DNA of 13,102 nt from Promethearchaeota archaeon (GTDB lineage: Archaea; Asgardarchaeota; Lokiarchaeia; Sigyniarchaeales; Promethearchaeaceae), in the NCBI GenBank assembly GCA_014729055.1, contig WJKO01000536.1, positions 1 through 13,102 of the forward strand. Direction: 5' to 3'. The notes under the pieces were generated by a model that was given only the letters and a program-made list of their open reading frames with translations, was not told the DNA's origin and searched no databases. Each line of letters starts with the position of its first letter. The stretch's first letter is position 1. A program made the translations under genes and the position numbers. Of this stretch, positions 1 through 6,599 are shown piece after piece.

Positions 1-311
1 ATGTTAGTAACGACTAAATCAAATTCTCCATGATTTAAGGAGAATTCCAATAAATTGTGATGCTTAAAAATGTTAATATTGAAACTCTTTCGTTGATCAG
101 TATTCGGATAAAGAGATTGAAATCGATTTATTTGCTTTTTTCTTAAACCTATGATAACAAATTTCGAATTCGGGTTACAAGCTTTCAGAATTTCATAAAT
201 TTTACTAACTTCTTTGCCAACTATAAGGATTTTTGAAAAATATGTATTATGCGTTCTTCTCATACTTTTTATTGTATTTGTTAAATTTTTCTCATATAAC
301 AAAGAATTCAT
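1..311 (-). CDS. Hypothetical protein, partial (N-terminal 103 aa; continues beyond window start). Rossmann-like beta-alpha-beta N-terminus (KILIVGKEVSKIYEILKACNPNSKFVIIGL ... EFDLVVTN)
   Basis: Manual reverse-complement translation from an ATG at 309-311 gives an open frame to position 1 with no stops (MNSLLYEKNLTNTIKSMRRTHNTYFSKILIVGKEV...FDLVVTN). It is absent from the supplied ORF track, probably because it has no in-window stop. It sits 81 nt downstream, on the same strand, of the URO-D-like gene. The fold and family assignment is a guess. Confidence 0.3.
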   Translation of the reverse strand, partial: MNSLLYEKNLTNTIKSMRRTHNTYFSKILIVGKEVSKIYEILKACNPNSKFVIIGLRKKQINRFQSLYPNTDQRKSFNINIFKHHNLLEFSLNHGEFDLVVTN

Positions 312-391
312 TTTAATTATAATGTAAGATAGGGAATTTGCATTAAAAAATTTTAGTAGAGATTATTTAAATTAGTATTCTCGAACTGTCA

Positions 392-1507
392 TTATTGATT
401 CTTAAATTTATGTTCAGTTGTATCGTAAGATCTTGCAGTTTCGTACATTGCGATGATATTATCTATTGAATGAAATGTCATAATATCTGTGCATGGTCCT
501 AAAACGAGATTATTTGATGGTGCGACAGCAGATATTATCTTTTTGCATTGCTTTCGCACATCTGCCGGGCTACCCTTCCAGAGCAGACGACTTACATCAA
601 TATTACCATTCCATGCTATTTTATCACCATATTGTTCATTTAATGCGATAATATCGACTCCAGCAGCGGGTTCTAAGCATTGTAACAAATCCAGTCCTAC
701 ATCAATGTAATAGGGAATTAAATCGGAAATATCCCCGTCCGTGTGGATCATCGTTTTACCTCCTCTTTTATGAATGTAATCAAATAATTGCTTGGTTCGT
801 TTTCCATAAAACTTTTTCACATATTTTGGGGCAATCATCAATCGTCTTTTCTGTGCTATATCGTCCGTGAAAGCAATTATCATCTCATTATCAATATCGA
901 GCAACCTTTTACAGATTTCTAAATTTACTTTATATAATTCGTCAACACAATACTTCAGTAAACCAGTTGGCTTTCTAATCTCTTTCGCGAATGCAGCGTA
1001 CCCTATACTCAACCAGATACCTTCATGAAAACCATTGATTATCGGCCAAATGAATATTTTGTCTTCTTCCAAGACCTTTTTTTTATAAAATTTTTCAAAT
1101 GCTTCATAATGAGATTCAGATCTCATCACTCGTTTAGGAAACTTTTTTCGCTCTTCAAGAGATGTCCAAGCCCCGCCAACATAAAAATTCTCACCAGTTG
1201 ACGATTTTTTGTAACGTCTCCCATTTGCATGCACTGTTGATCCATCTTCATGTTTATATGATTGAAAACCTGAAAGTTCCATAATATCTCCTAAGGATGG
1301 ATCGGTCGTGCCATCAACTCCCAATTCAACCAGAATTGTCTGATCCTGGCTAAATCTAACAAAACTTTCGTCTTTCACTTCAAATCTTTCATCCCACTTA
1401 ATAAGGAACCCCAACTCACATTTAAATGCATAAGTTGGAAGTTGATCTGCGGGTTCGTGGTTAATGGCGGCGAGAATTCTCTCTTTGTGGGACATTTGAC
1501 TTGGCAT
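392..1507 (-). CDS. Uroporphyrinogen decarboxylase (URO-D) / MtaA-MtbA family methyltransferase-like protein, paralog 1
   Basis: The supplied 392..1576 ORF begins on a TTG. The first ATG (rc of 1505-1507) gives MPSQMSHKERILAAINHEPADQLPTY, the typical N-terminus of URO-D/MtaA-family proteins (ERxxAALxGExxDRxP). C-terminal family signatures are present: IDVSRLLWKGSPADVRKQCKKII and NLVLGPCTDI. The position corresponding to the HxCG zinc motif reads IHTDGD (Cys replaced by Asp). It shares overall architecture with the ORF at 7285..8547. Confidence 0.75.
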   Translation of the reverse strand: MPSQMSHKERILAAINHEPADQLPTYAFKCELGFLIKWDERFEVKDESFVRFSQDQTILVELGVDGTTDPSLGDIMELSGFQSYKHEDGSTVHANGRRYKKSSTGENFYVGGAWTSLEERKKFPKRVMRSESHYEAFEKFYKKKVLEEDKIFIWPIINGFHEGIWLSIGYAAFAKEIRKPTGLLKYCVDELYKVNLEICKRLLDIDNEMIIAFTDDIAQKRRLMIAPKYVKKFYGKRTKQLFDYIHKRGGKTMIHTDGDISDLIPYYIDVGLDLLQCLEPAAGVDIIALNEQYGDKIAWNGNIDVSRLLWKGSPADVRKQCKKIISAVAPSNNLVLGPCTDIMTFHSIDNIIAMYETARSYDTTEHKFKNQ

Positions 1508-1613
1508 CTTAAGGTTATAAGTTTTTTCTGGTTCTAAAAGTTGTTCAATTTTTGTAGTCAGTGAACAAAAAAACAATCTACAAATAATCTAAAAAACAAT
1601 CTACATCTAAGAA
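1508..1613. promoter_or_regulatory. Divergent intergenic region between the URO-D-like gene (-) and the DNA methyltransferase gene (+). A/T-rich TATA-like stretch (caaataatctaaaaaa) lies about 20-30 bp upstream of the MTase ATG
   Basis: Non-coding once the minus-strand gene is started at its first ATG. The TATA-like stretch about 20-30 bp upstream of the MTase ATG at 1614 is weak promoter evidence in DNA this AT-rich. Confidence 0.35.
1568..1605. repeat. Perfect 15-bp direct repeat AAAAAACAATCTACA x2 (1568-1582 and 1591-1605), 23 bp start-to-start
   Basis: Read directly from the sequence. The two copies flank the TATA-like element and end 9 bp before the MTase ATG. Confidence 0.6.
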
Positions 1614-3434
1614 ATGGATCGTGAATATAAAAAGAAAAATGGGATTTTCTATACACCAGATTATATATGTAAATATATGTGTGTTAATGCCCTCCTTTCT
1701 TATTTGAATGAGTTTTCGACACCGCATATAACTCTGTATAATAAAGAGATGATAGAAAAAACAATAGAAGAAGTCGTGTCTGATAATATAAATGCCATTG
1801 ATTCTCTTAAAGGAAAACTGCACAATGTGAAGATCCTAGATCCTGCATGCGGGGAAGGCATTTTCCTGATTGAGACCATGAAAATCTTGTATATGTTACG
1901 AGAATATATCGAATCCCGAGAGAATAATGCAGAATCAAAGTATAATCTCCTTAAAGATATAATTTCTAATAATTTGTTTGGCGTTGATAAATCAGCTTCT
2001 GCTATTAAAAAAACAAAGGAAAATCTAACTCATGCAGTTCGCGGTTTATGTGATTCTAAATTATCAAAAACATCCTTAAATTTCTTTGGAATAAAACAAG
2101 GGGATGCTCTCTTTAGCGATCAGTTTAACTGGCGAAAGGAATTTCAGTCAATCTATAGTAGCGGGGAAAAGAAAGGTTTCGATATAGTAATTGGAAATCC
2201 CCCTTATGTTGACATAAAGACACTGGATGAGCGATATGTTTCACGGCTCTTTGAAAAATTTAAAACAACCCACAATAGAATTAATCTATATTCCGTTTTT
2301 ATTGAAAGATCTCTCAATCAGTTAATAAAGGAAAATGGAATACTAAGCTTCATAATCCCAAATTCTCTGCTCTATAAATCCTCCTATGAGAATATAAGAA
2401 AGAAAATGTTGCATGAGAGTTTTATTAGAGAAATTATCAGACTTCCTAACAATATATTTCAAAATGTTTCTGTTGAAACTATTATTATTACTCTACAAAC
2501 CATTTTTAAACAGAGAAAACAAGCCAATAATCTCTCAAATTTGGTTAAATTTCATGTTTTTGCCGCGGATGAAAATCTTTTAGAATTAGATTTCTCAAAA
2601 AGTATCGATTCAGGTGACGTGCGTCAAGAAAAATGGATTCAAAACCATAAATATATGTTTTCATTATATGATGAAGAAATATGGAGATTATTGGAGAAAA
2701 TCGAATCAAATTCTCAATTGTTAGGAGATAAAAGAGATCCAATATGTGAATTCTCACTTGGAATTACCCCTTACGATAAATATAAAGGGCATACCCCCGA
2801 TCAGATAGAAAGTAAGGTATTTCATAGCGACAGAAAAATTGATTTTAAATATAAACCGCTATTGAAAGGCAAAGATATTAGAAGATATCGATGTCATTGG
2901 AATGAAAATACATATATTAAGTACGGGGAGTGGTTAGGGGCACCGAGATCTAAGAAATTTTTTACTGAACCTCGAATCTTGGTTAGGCAAATTGTTAGTG
3001 GGCAATCACAGCGTATATTAGCAGCATATGTGGATGAAGAATACTATAACACCCAGATTGCCTTCAACCTTTTATTGATTAATGAAAAAGAATTTAACAT
3101 CAAATATATTCTCGCTCTGCTAAATTCTGAATTGATGAGCTTTTATCATCTCTATAAATTCTTAGATCCCACTAAAAAAGTATTTCAGAAAGTTCTAATT
3201 CAGAATGCAAGAAGGTTCCCAATAATAAGGATTGATATGGACAAACAAGAAGAAATTGCGGAAATTGTGGATAAATTAATTAAAATCATAGAACTAAGAA
3301 AAAAGGATCCAGAATTAAGAACTTTAAGAACTTTGAATAAAAAAATTGATGACTCCATTTATGATATATACAATATCAGTGATAAAGAGAAAAAAATCAT
3401 TAAATCCAGACTCAATTCTCATTTAACCAGTTAA
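1614..3434 (+). CDS. N6-adenine DNA methyltransferase, gamma class (M.TaqI / Eco57I-family catalytic domain plus TaqI-like C-terminal target-recognition domain)
   Basis: Ordered motifs are present: GIFYTPDYI (motif X), ILDPACGEGIFLIE (motif I, FxGxG), NLFGVDKSASAI, DIVIGNPPYV (motif IV NPPY), and NLYSVFIERSLNQLIKENGILSFIIPNS (motifs V-VIII). This is collinear with M.TaqI (VETPPEVV / LEPACAHGPFL / LILGNPPYG / NLYGAFLEKAV..VFVVPAT). The C-terminal KGKDIRRYRCHWNENTYIKY...LALLNSELMSFYHLYKF matches the TaqI_C specificity domain (LTGRNLKPGWVDY...VQWLNSEAMQKHV). There is an insertion of about 150-180 aa relative to M.TaqI (606 aa vs about 420 aa). Confidence 0.85.
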   Translation: MDREYKKKNGIFYTPDYICKYMCVNALLSYLNEFSTPHITLYNKEMIEKTIEEVVSDNINAIDSLKGKLHNVKILDPACGEGIFLIETMKILYMLREYIESRENNAESKYNLLKDIISNNLFGVDKSASAIKKTKENLTHAVRGLCDSKLSKTSLNFFGIKQGDALFSDQFNWRKEFQSIYSSGEKKGFDIVIGNPPYVDIKTLDERYVSRLFEKFKTTHNRINLYSVFIERSLNQLIKENGILSFIIPNSLLYKSSYENIRKKMLHESFIREIIRLPNNIFQNVSVETIIITLQTIFKQRKQANNLSNLVKFHVFAADENLLELDFSKSIDSGDVRQEKWIQNHKYMFSLYDEEIWRLLEKIESNSQLLGDKRDPICEFSLGITPYDKYKGHTPDQIESKVFHSDRKIDFKYKPLLKGKDIRRYRCHWNENTYIKYGEWLGAPRSKKFFTEPRILVRQIVSGQSQRILAAYVDEEYYNTQIAFNLLLINEKEFNIKYILALLNSELMSFYHLYKFLDPTKKVFQKVLIQNARRFPIIRIDMDKQEEIAEIVDKLIKIIELRKKDPELRTLRTLNKKIDDSIYDIYNISDKEKKIIKSRLNSHLTS

Positions 3435-3475
3435 GTTTTAAATCAGATTTTTATGTTTTTATGGTTTTGATGAGG
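3435..3475 (+). terminator. Oligo-T tracts (gtttta...atttttatgtttttatggtttt) downstream of the MTase stop, possibly an archaeal-type intrinsic terminator
   Basis: Runs of T immediately after the stop codon. This is weak evidence given the overall AT-richness. Confidence 0.25.
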
Positions 3476-3518
3476 ATAACTAAATACTTGCGAATTTCTA
3501 TGCAAATCTAGACAAAGA

Positions 3519-4805
3519 ATGTTAAATCAAATAGCATCCATAGGATTACTTTTTCTCATTCCGATATTGATATTCCTTATTATCGGTGCCACATACTGGA
3601 AAGGTCTCACCGTGGTACCGTTTAATGAAGTACATGTCGTATCAAGGAGCAAAAAAGTATCAACCTATGATGGAAAAGGAAGGTATTTTTTTATACCATT
3701 TTTACACGGAAGAACTATAATTCCCAAACATGTCTTAGATATCGAACCAGAATTAATCAAACTTCATGATATGGACAATCTGCCATTCGGTGTGGAAGTT
3801 TCGGTAAAGGTTCAAGTGACAGATCCAGAAAAAGCAGCGGCAACTCTAACGAGTATCGATCATAACACGGTCAAGAAGGTTGTCGAAGACACAGTTATGT
3901 CCGCAGCACGCAGCATTGCCATGGAGCGAGAGATATTGCAGATAATGAAGAGAAGAGAGGATATAGAGGCGGCAATTTACGATATGGTAGCCGATGCACT
4001 TTCAAAGCTAGGATTATCTGCGATTATTTTCGATATCAAAAATATACGCGACATAGAGAATAGCGATGTTATAAGCAGTCTTGAGGCGGTAAAGATTGCA
4101 GAACTCCGAAAAAATGCGAGGATTTCCGAAGCAACACACGACAACGAAGCAAAAATTATTGAAGTAGAAAAACGCAAAAATAGTACGGTAAAAGCAGAAC
4201 AGATGAAACAAGAAGAAGAGGATGCACGATTACAAAGAGAGCGTGAAATGGCTAAACAACAACGGGCAGTTGAAGAAGAAAAATTGAAAATAGAAGAACA
4301 AAAAGCTGCAAAACTGGCGTCAATAGCACGAAATAAAATGAAGATCATGGCCGAAGCTGAGCGTGAAAAAAGGTTAAATGAAGCAAAGGCTGAGGCAGAT
4401 GCCATTAGACTTAGGGCGGAAGCAGAGAGCAATGCTATTAAACTAAAAGCTGAGGCAGAAGCAGATGGGATCAGAAAGCGGGGTGTTGCGGAGGCTGATG
4501 TTCTGAAGAAAAAGGCAGAAGCTATGAATATATCAAGCCAAGCAGGACAAATCAAGATGCTGGAGGTGTTAAGCAAAGCACAAGTTGAATCGGCGGGGAA
4601 AATAGCAGATTCATTAGGAGCAAATAACAAGATCATGTATTTACCTGTCGGCAATGGTTCTAACTTCATGAGTTCTTTTATGCCCAAAATCGATTCATTA
4701 CTTCAATCAGGATTGTTGGACGAAATTTTGCAGAAATTCGCAAAAAGCTCTTCTAAAAATAGAAAAAAGAAATCTAGCAAAACGAAATCCAAGAATGATG
4801 AATAG
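3519..4805 (+). CDS. Flotillin-like SPFH/band-7 family membrane scaffold protein
   Basis: It has an N-terminal TM helix (IASIGLLFLIPILIFLIIGATYW) followed by an SPFH core (VVPFNEVHVVSRSKKVSTYDGKGRYFFIPFLHG...VEVSVKVQVTDPEKAA). A long Glu/Ala-rich coiled coil typical of flotillins follows (AEAEREKRLNEAKAEADAIRLRAEAESNAIKLKAEAEADGIRKRG), ending in a Ser/Lys-rich tail (SSSKNRKKKSSKTKSKNDE). Confidence 0.85.
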   Translation: MLNQIASIGLLFLIPILIFLIIGATYWKGLTVVPFNEVHVVSRSKKVSTYDGKGRYFFIPFLHGRTIIPKHVLDIEPELIKLHDMDNLPFGVEVSVKVQVTDPEKAAATLTSIDHNTVKKVVEDTVMSAARSIAMEREILQIMKRREDIEAAIYDMVADALSKLGLSAIIFDIKNIRDIENSDVISSLEAVKIAELRKNARISEATHDNEAKIIEVEKRKNSTVKAEQMKQEEEDARLQREREMAKQQRAVEEEKLKIEEQKAAKLASIARNKMKIMAEAEREKRLNEAKAEADAIRLRAEAESNAIKLKAEAEADGIRKRGVAEADVLKKKAEAMNISSQAGQIKMLEVLSKAQVESAGKIADSLGANNKIMYLPVGNGSNFMSSFMPKIDSLLQSGLLDEILQKFAKSSSKNRKKKSSKTKSKNDE

Positions 4806-5547
4806 TGTATATTTTTTTATTATTCATCTTTTATTTTTTATGGGTTATATTCAATTTCATACAAAAAAAGTCAAGTGCATAAAAATGGTCAAAATTCCCG
4901 TTGGTGAAAAAGTAAGAGTAAATCTCTGGGACTCTGACAAAAAACGCGGACTTGTCAAATATTTTACCCACACAATGAATTTAGTAAATGCAGAAAGTGA
5001 TTTTAGGCTCGAAAAAGGCGATACCGCAATTGTAATAAAATCATTTGATTCATTTGTTGTCATTATACCTGAAGATAAATACAGCAAGATTCTTGATGTT
5101 TCACAAAAAACTAAGGTGGATCGTATTGGATTATCTGAAGTGGTAACCAAAATATTATTGGATTGGGATGAAAAATCGGGCGGGATCTTGTCCATTATGG
5201 AACTATTAGAGTTAATTCATAAGACAAGTCTAAAATATTTTGTCAACAGAAAAGATTTGAAAAATTTAAGGAAAGTGAAAGATCGTAGTTATGACATTAT
5301 CAAGGACAGCGGTGATTTGTATTTTGTTTTAAAACCTTCGAAAACATCTTCTGATATTGTAAATGTTCTTAAATTCGCACAATCTAAGGACTATATCAAC
5401 TTTCAACAACTTCAAACGAAGTTCTATTGGTCTAAACTAAGAATTGAGCGCAATCTTGATTATTTAGTAGAGGAAAAAATAATGAGAGTGGCTACAAATT
5501 ATCGCTCCGGAACGCGTTATTATTTAATTGGAAAACCGCAACTATAA
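4795..5547 (+). CDS. Membrane-anchored NfeD-like OB-fold (beta-barrel) protein fused to a C-terminal tandem winged-helix region resembling ESCRT-II Vps22/EAP30
   Basis: The ATG at 4795 overlaps the flotillin stop by 11 nt and encodes a hydrophobic segment (SVYFFIIHLLFFMGYIQF). An alternative start is the ATG at 4885 (MVKIPVGEKVRV...). Residues about 30-95 (IPVGEKVRVNLW...VNAESDFRLEKGDTAIVIKSFDSFVVIIPE) fit the short NfeD beta-barrel pattern (G.V......G.V...a.S.g..i.kG..v.V....g..l.V). Residues about 130-250 align by eye with human SNF8/Vps22. GGILSIMELLELIHK matches GGLITLEELHQQVLK, NRKDLKNLRKVK matches SQDDLIRAIKKLK, and YFVLKPSKTSSDIVNVLKFAQSKDYINFQQLQTKFYWSKLRIERNLDYLVEEKIMRVATNYRSGTRYYL matches YLIQSVPAELNMDHTVVLQLAEKNGYVTVSEIKASLKWETERARQVLEHLLKEGLAWLDLQAPGEAHYWL. 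Confidence 0.6.
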   Translation: MMNSVYFFIIHLLFFMGYIQFHTKKVKCIKMVKIPVGEKVRVNLWDSDKKRGLVKYFTHTMNLVNAESDFRLEKGDTAIVIKSFDSFVVIIPEDKYSKILDVSQKTKVDRIGLSEVVTKILLDWDEKSGGILSIMELLELIHKTSLKYFVNRKDLKNLRKVKDRSYDIIKDSGDLYFVLKPSKTSSDIVNVLKFAQSKDYINFQQLQTKFYWSKLRIERNLDYLVEEKIMRVATNYRSGTRYYLIGKPQL

Positions 5548-6459
5548 GAAAAATTTGGCGATCGGTGCAAAAAACGCTATAACATCCCGAGTTCTACCCA
5601 TTTCTTTTTTAAAATCTTCGATCCAGTCTTCAAAATCTCTGTTTTGATATTTCAGAAGTTTTTGGGACTTTTCAGTATTATAGTAATCCAAATAATAAGT
5701 TTTTGTGGAGAATTTATTTGGTTTAGCAGGTGGTAGATTTAATGTTTCGAAGATTTTGTCAATTTGTTCATGAAAGAGCATCCTGCAATTTACACCACCA
5801 GCAATGTTAAAAACTTCATTTTTTGCGTCCACAGACACAGCATTTGCAAACGCTAATGCCACGTCTTTTGGATGTATAAATTCTACTCTTTGATTATAAG
5901 GGATATCATACATTCGCTCTAAATTCTTTGGAGAGAGATCAAAGCTCAGATACATAGCTTCTGCTATACGTAAAATCAACCATTCTAAACCAGAATTACG
6001 TATTATACTCTCACATTCTGCCTTATGCCGTGTATAGTTATCTGTTGGATTGATATTCCGTTCTGGTATAATATCTTTATTATACCATGTTGTTGGTCCA
6101 TATAAAGACACGGACGAAGCAAAAATAAGTCTACAATCCGGATTTAGTTCCTTAATCGATTCCACCAGCAACTTTGTTCCTTCCACATTAATGTTACGGG
6201 CAAATGAAGCTTTTTCGCTCATTGGGGGTAATATAAATGCCAGATGTATAATGGCATCCAGATTTGGAATCAGATCTTGATAAGTATCTGGTTTCATTAT
6301 ATCCCCATAGCAAACTGTTCCTTTAGGAAATCTATTCGCAATTTTAACGGATGACCTAGTTTTCAAGTCGAATATTGTTACGTCATGTTTTTGATTGATA
6401 CATTCTTGGGTAATATACTGACCAAGACCGCCTAATCCTCCGGTAACCATAACTTTCAT
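5542..6459 (-). CDS. NAD(P)-dependent epimerase/dehydratase (extended short-chain dehydrogenase/reductase family)
   Basis: The N-terminus carries a Rossmann motif (MKVMVTGGLGGLGQYI), and a catalytic YxxxK is present (YTRHKAE). The length (305 aa) is typical for UDP-sugar epimerase-like SDRs. It overlaps the previous gene convergently by 6 nt (CTATAA encodes TAA on + and TAG on -). Confidence 0.8.
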   Translation of the reverse strand: MKVMVTGGLGGLGQYITQECINQKHDVTIFDLKTRSSVKIANRFPKGTVCYGDIMKPDTYQDLIPNLDAIIHLAFILPPMSEKASFARNINVEGTKLLVESIKELNPDCRLIFASSVSLYGPTTWYNKDIIPERNINPTDNYTRHKAECESIIRNSGLEWLILRIAEAMYLSFDLSPKNLERMYDIPYNQRVEFIHPKDVALAFANAVSVDAKNEVFNIAGGVNCRMLFHEQIDKIFETLNLPPAKPNKFSTKTYYLDYYNTEKSQKLLKYQNRDFEDWIEDFKKEMGRTRDVIAFFAPIAKFFL

Positions 6460-6543
6460 TATTTATTATCTCGGTTTATTTGTAATTGAAAATAATTCAC
6501 TATGTTTTACTGGTATTGGGTTCATTTTATTCTTGAACCTCTC

Positions 6544-6599
6544 ATTGTAGGTTATTTAAATAGTAATTTAAAATAGTAATTGTAGTAATTGTAGGTTTA
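6544..6599. repeat. Imperfect tandem array of the TTGTAG / TAGTAATT motif (TAGTAATTG is perfectly duplicated at 6574-6591, with partial copies on both sides)
   Basis: Read directly: attgtaggttatttaaatagtaatttaaaatagtaattgtagtaattgtaggttt. It lies in the 206-bp divergent intergenic region between the epimerase (-) and the Isf gene (+). Confidence 0.5.

Noticed and set aside
489-710. Short ORF 489..710 (+), representative of the nested antisense short ORFs in the track (also 2545..2757, 4014..4211, 4857..5195, 6050..6280, 7446..7643, 7912..8106, 8685..8897, 9706..9906, 12152..12409)
   Set aside because: Each is fully nested antisense, or out of frame, within a longer ORF that has clear domain signatures, and none has a recognisable motif. 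They are chance open frames.
1508-1576. N-terminal extension of the URO-D-like ORF (MFFCSLTTKIEQLLEPEKTYNLK) from the supplied 392..1576 call
   Set aside because: It begins on a TTG and lacks family similarity. The downstream ATG at 1505-1507 yields the canonical URO-D/MtaA N-terminus, so the extension is treated as non-coding promoter DNA.
1578-1823. 81-aa ORF on the minus strand overlapping the 5' end of the DNA methyltransferase gene
   Set aside because: It overlaps a strongly supported CDS and its composition is low-complexity (F/I/Y-rich), typical of a spurious AT-rich frame.
3977-4687. 236-aa antisense ORF (Ser/Ala-rich, SASA repeats) inside the flotillin gene
   Set aside because: It is the reverse complement of the Glu/Ala-rich coiled-coil repeats (GAA/GCA codons read as TTC/TGC, giving S/A). 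It is low-complexity and entirely nested in a well-supported CDS.
4795-5547. Possibility that the EAP30-like gene marks a canonical Asgard ESCRT operon
   Set aside because: No Vps25, ESCRT-III (Snf7-like), Vps4 or ubiquitin-system genes are present within the window. The neighbours are a flotillin and an SDR epimerase, so it is reported as a standalone fusion rather than an ESCRT locus.
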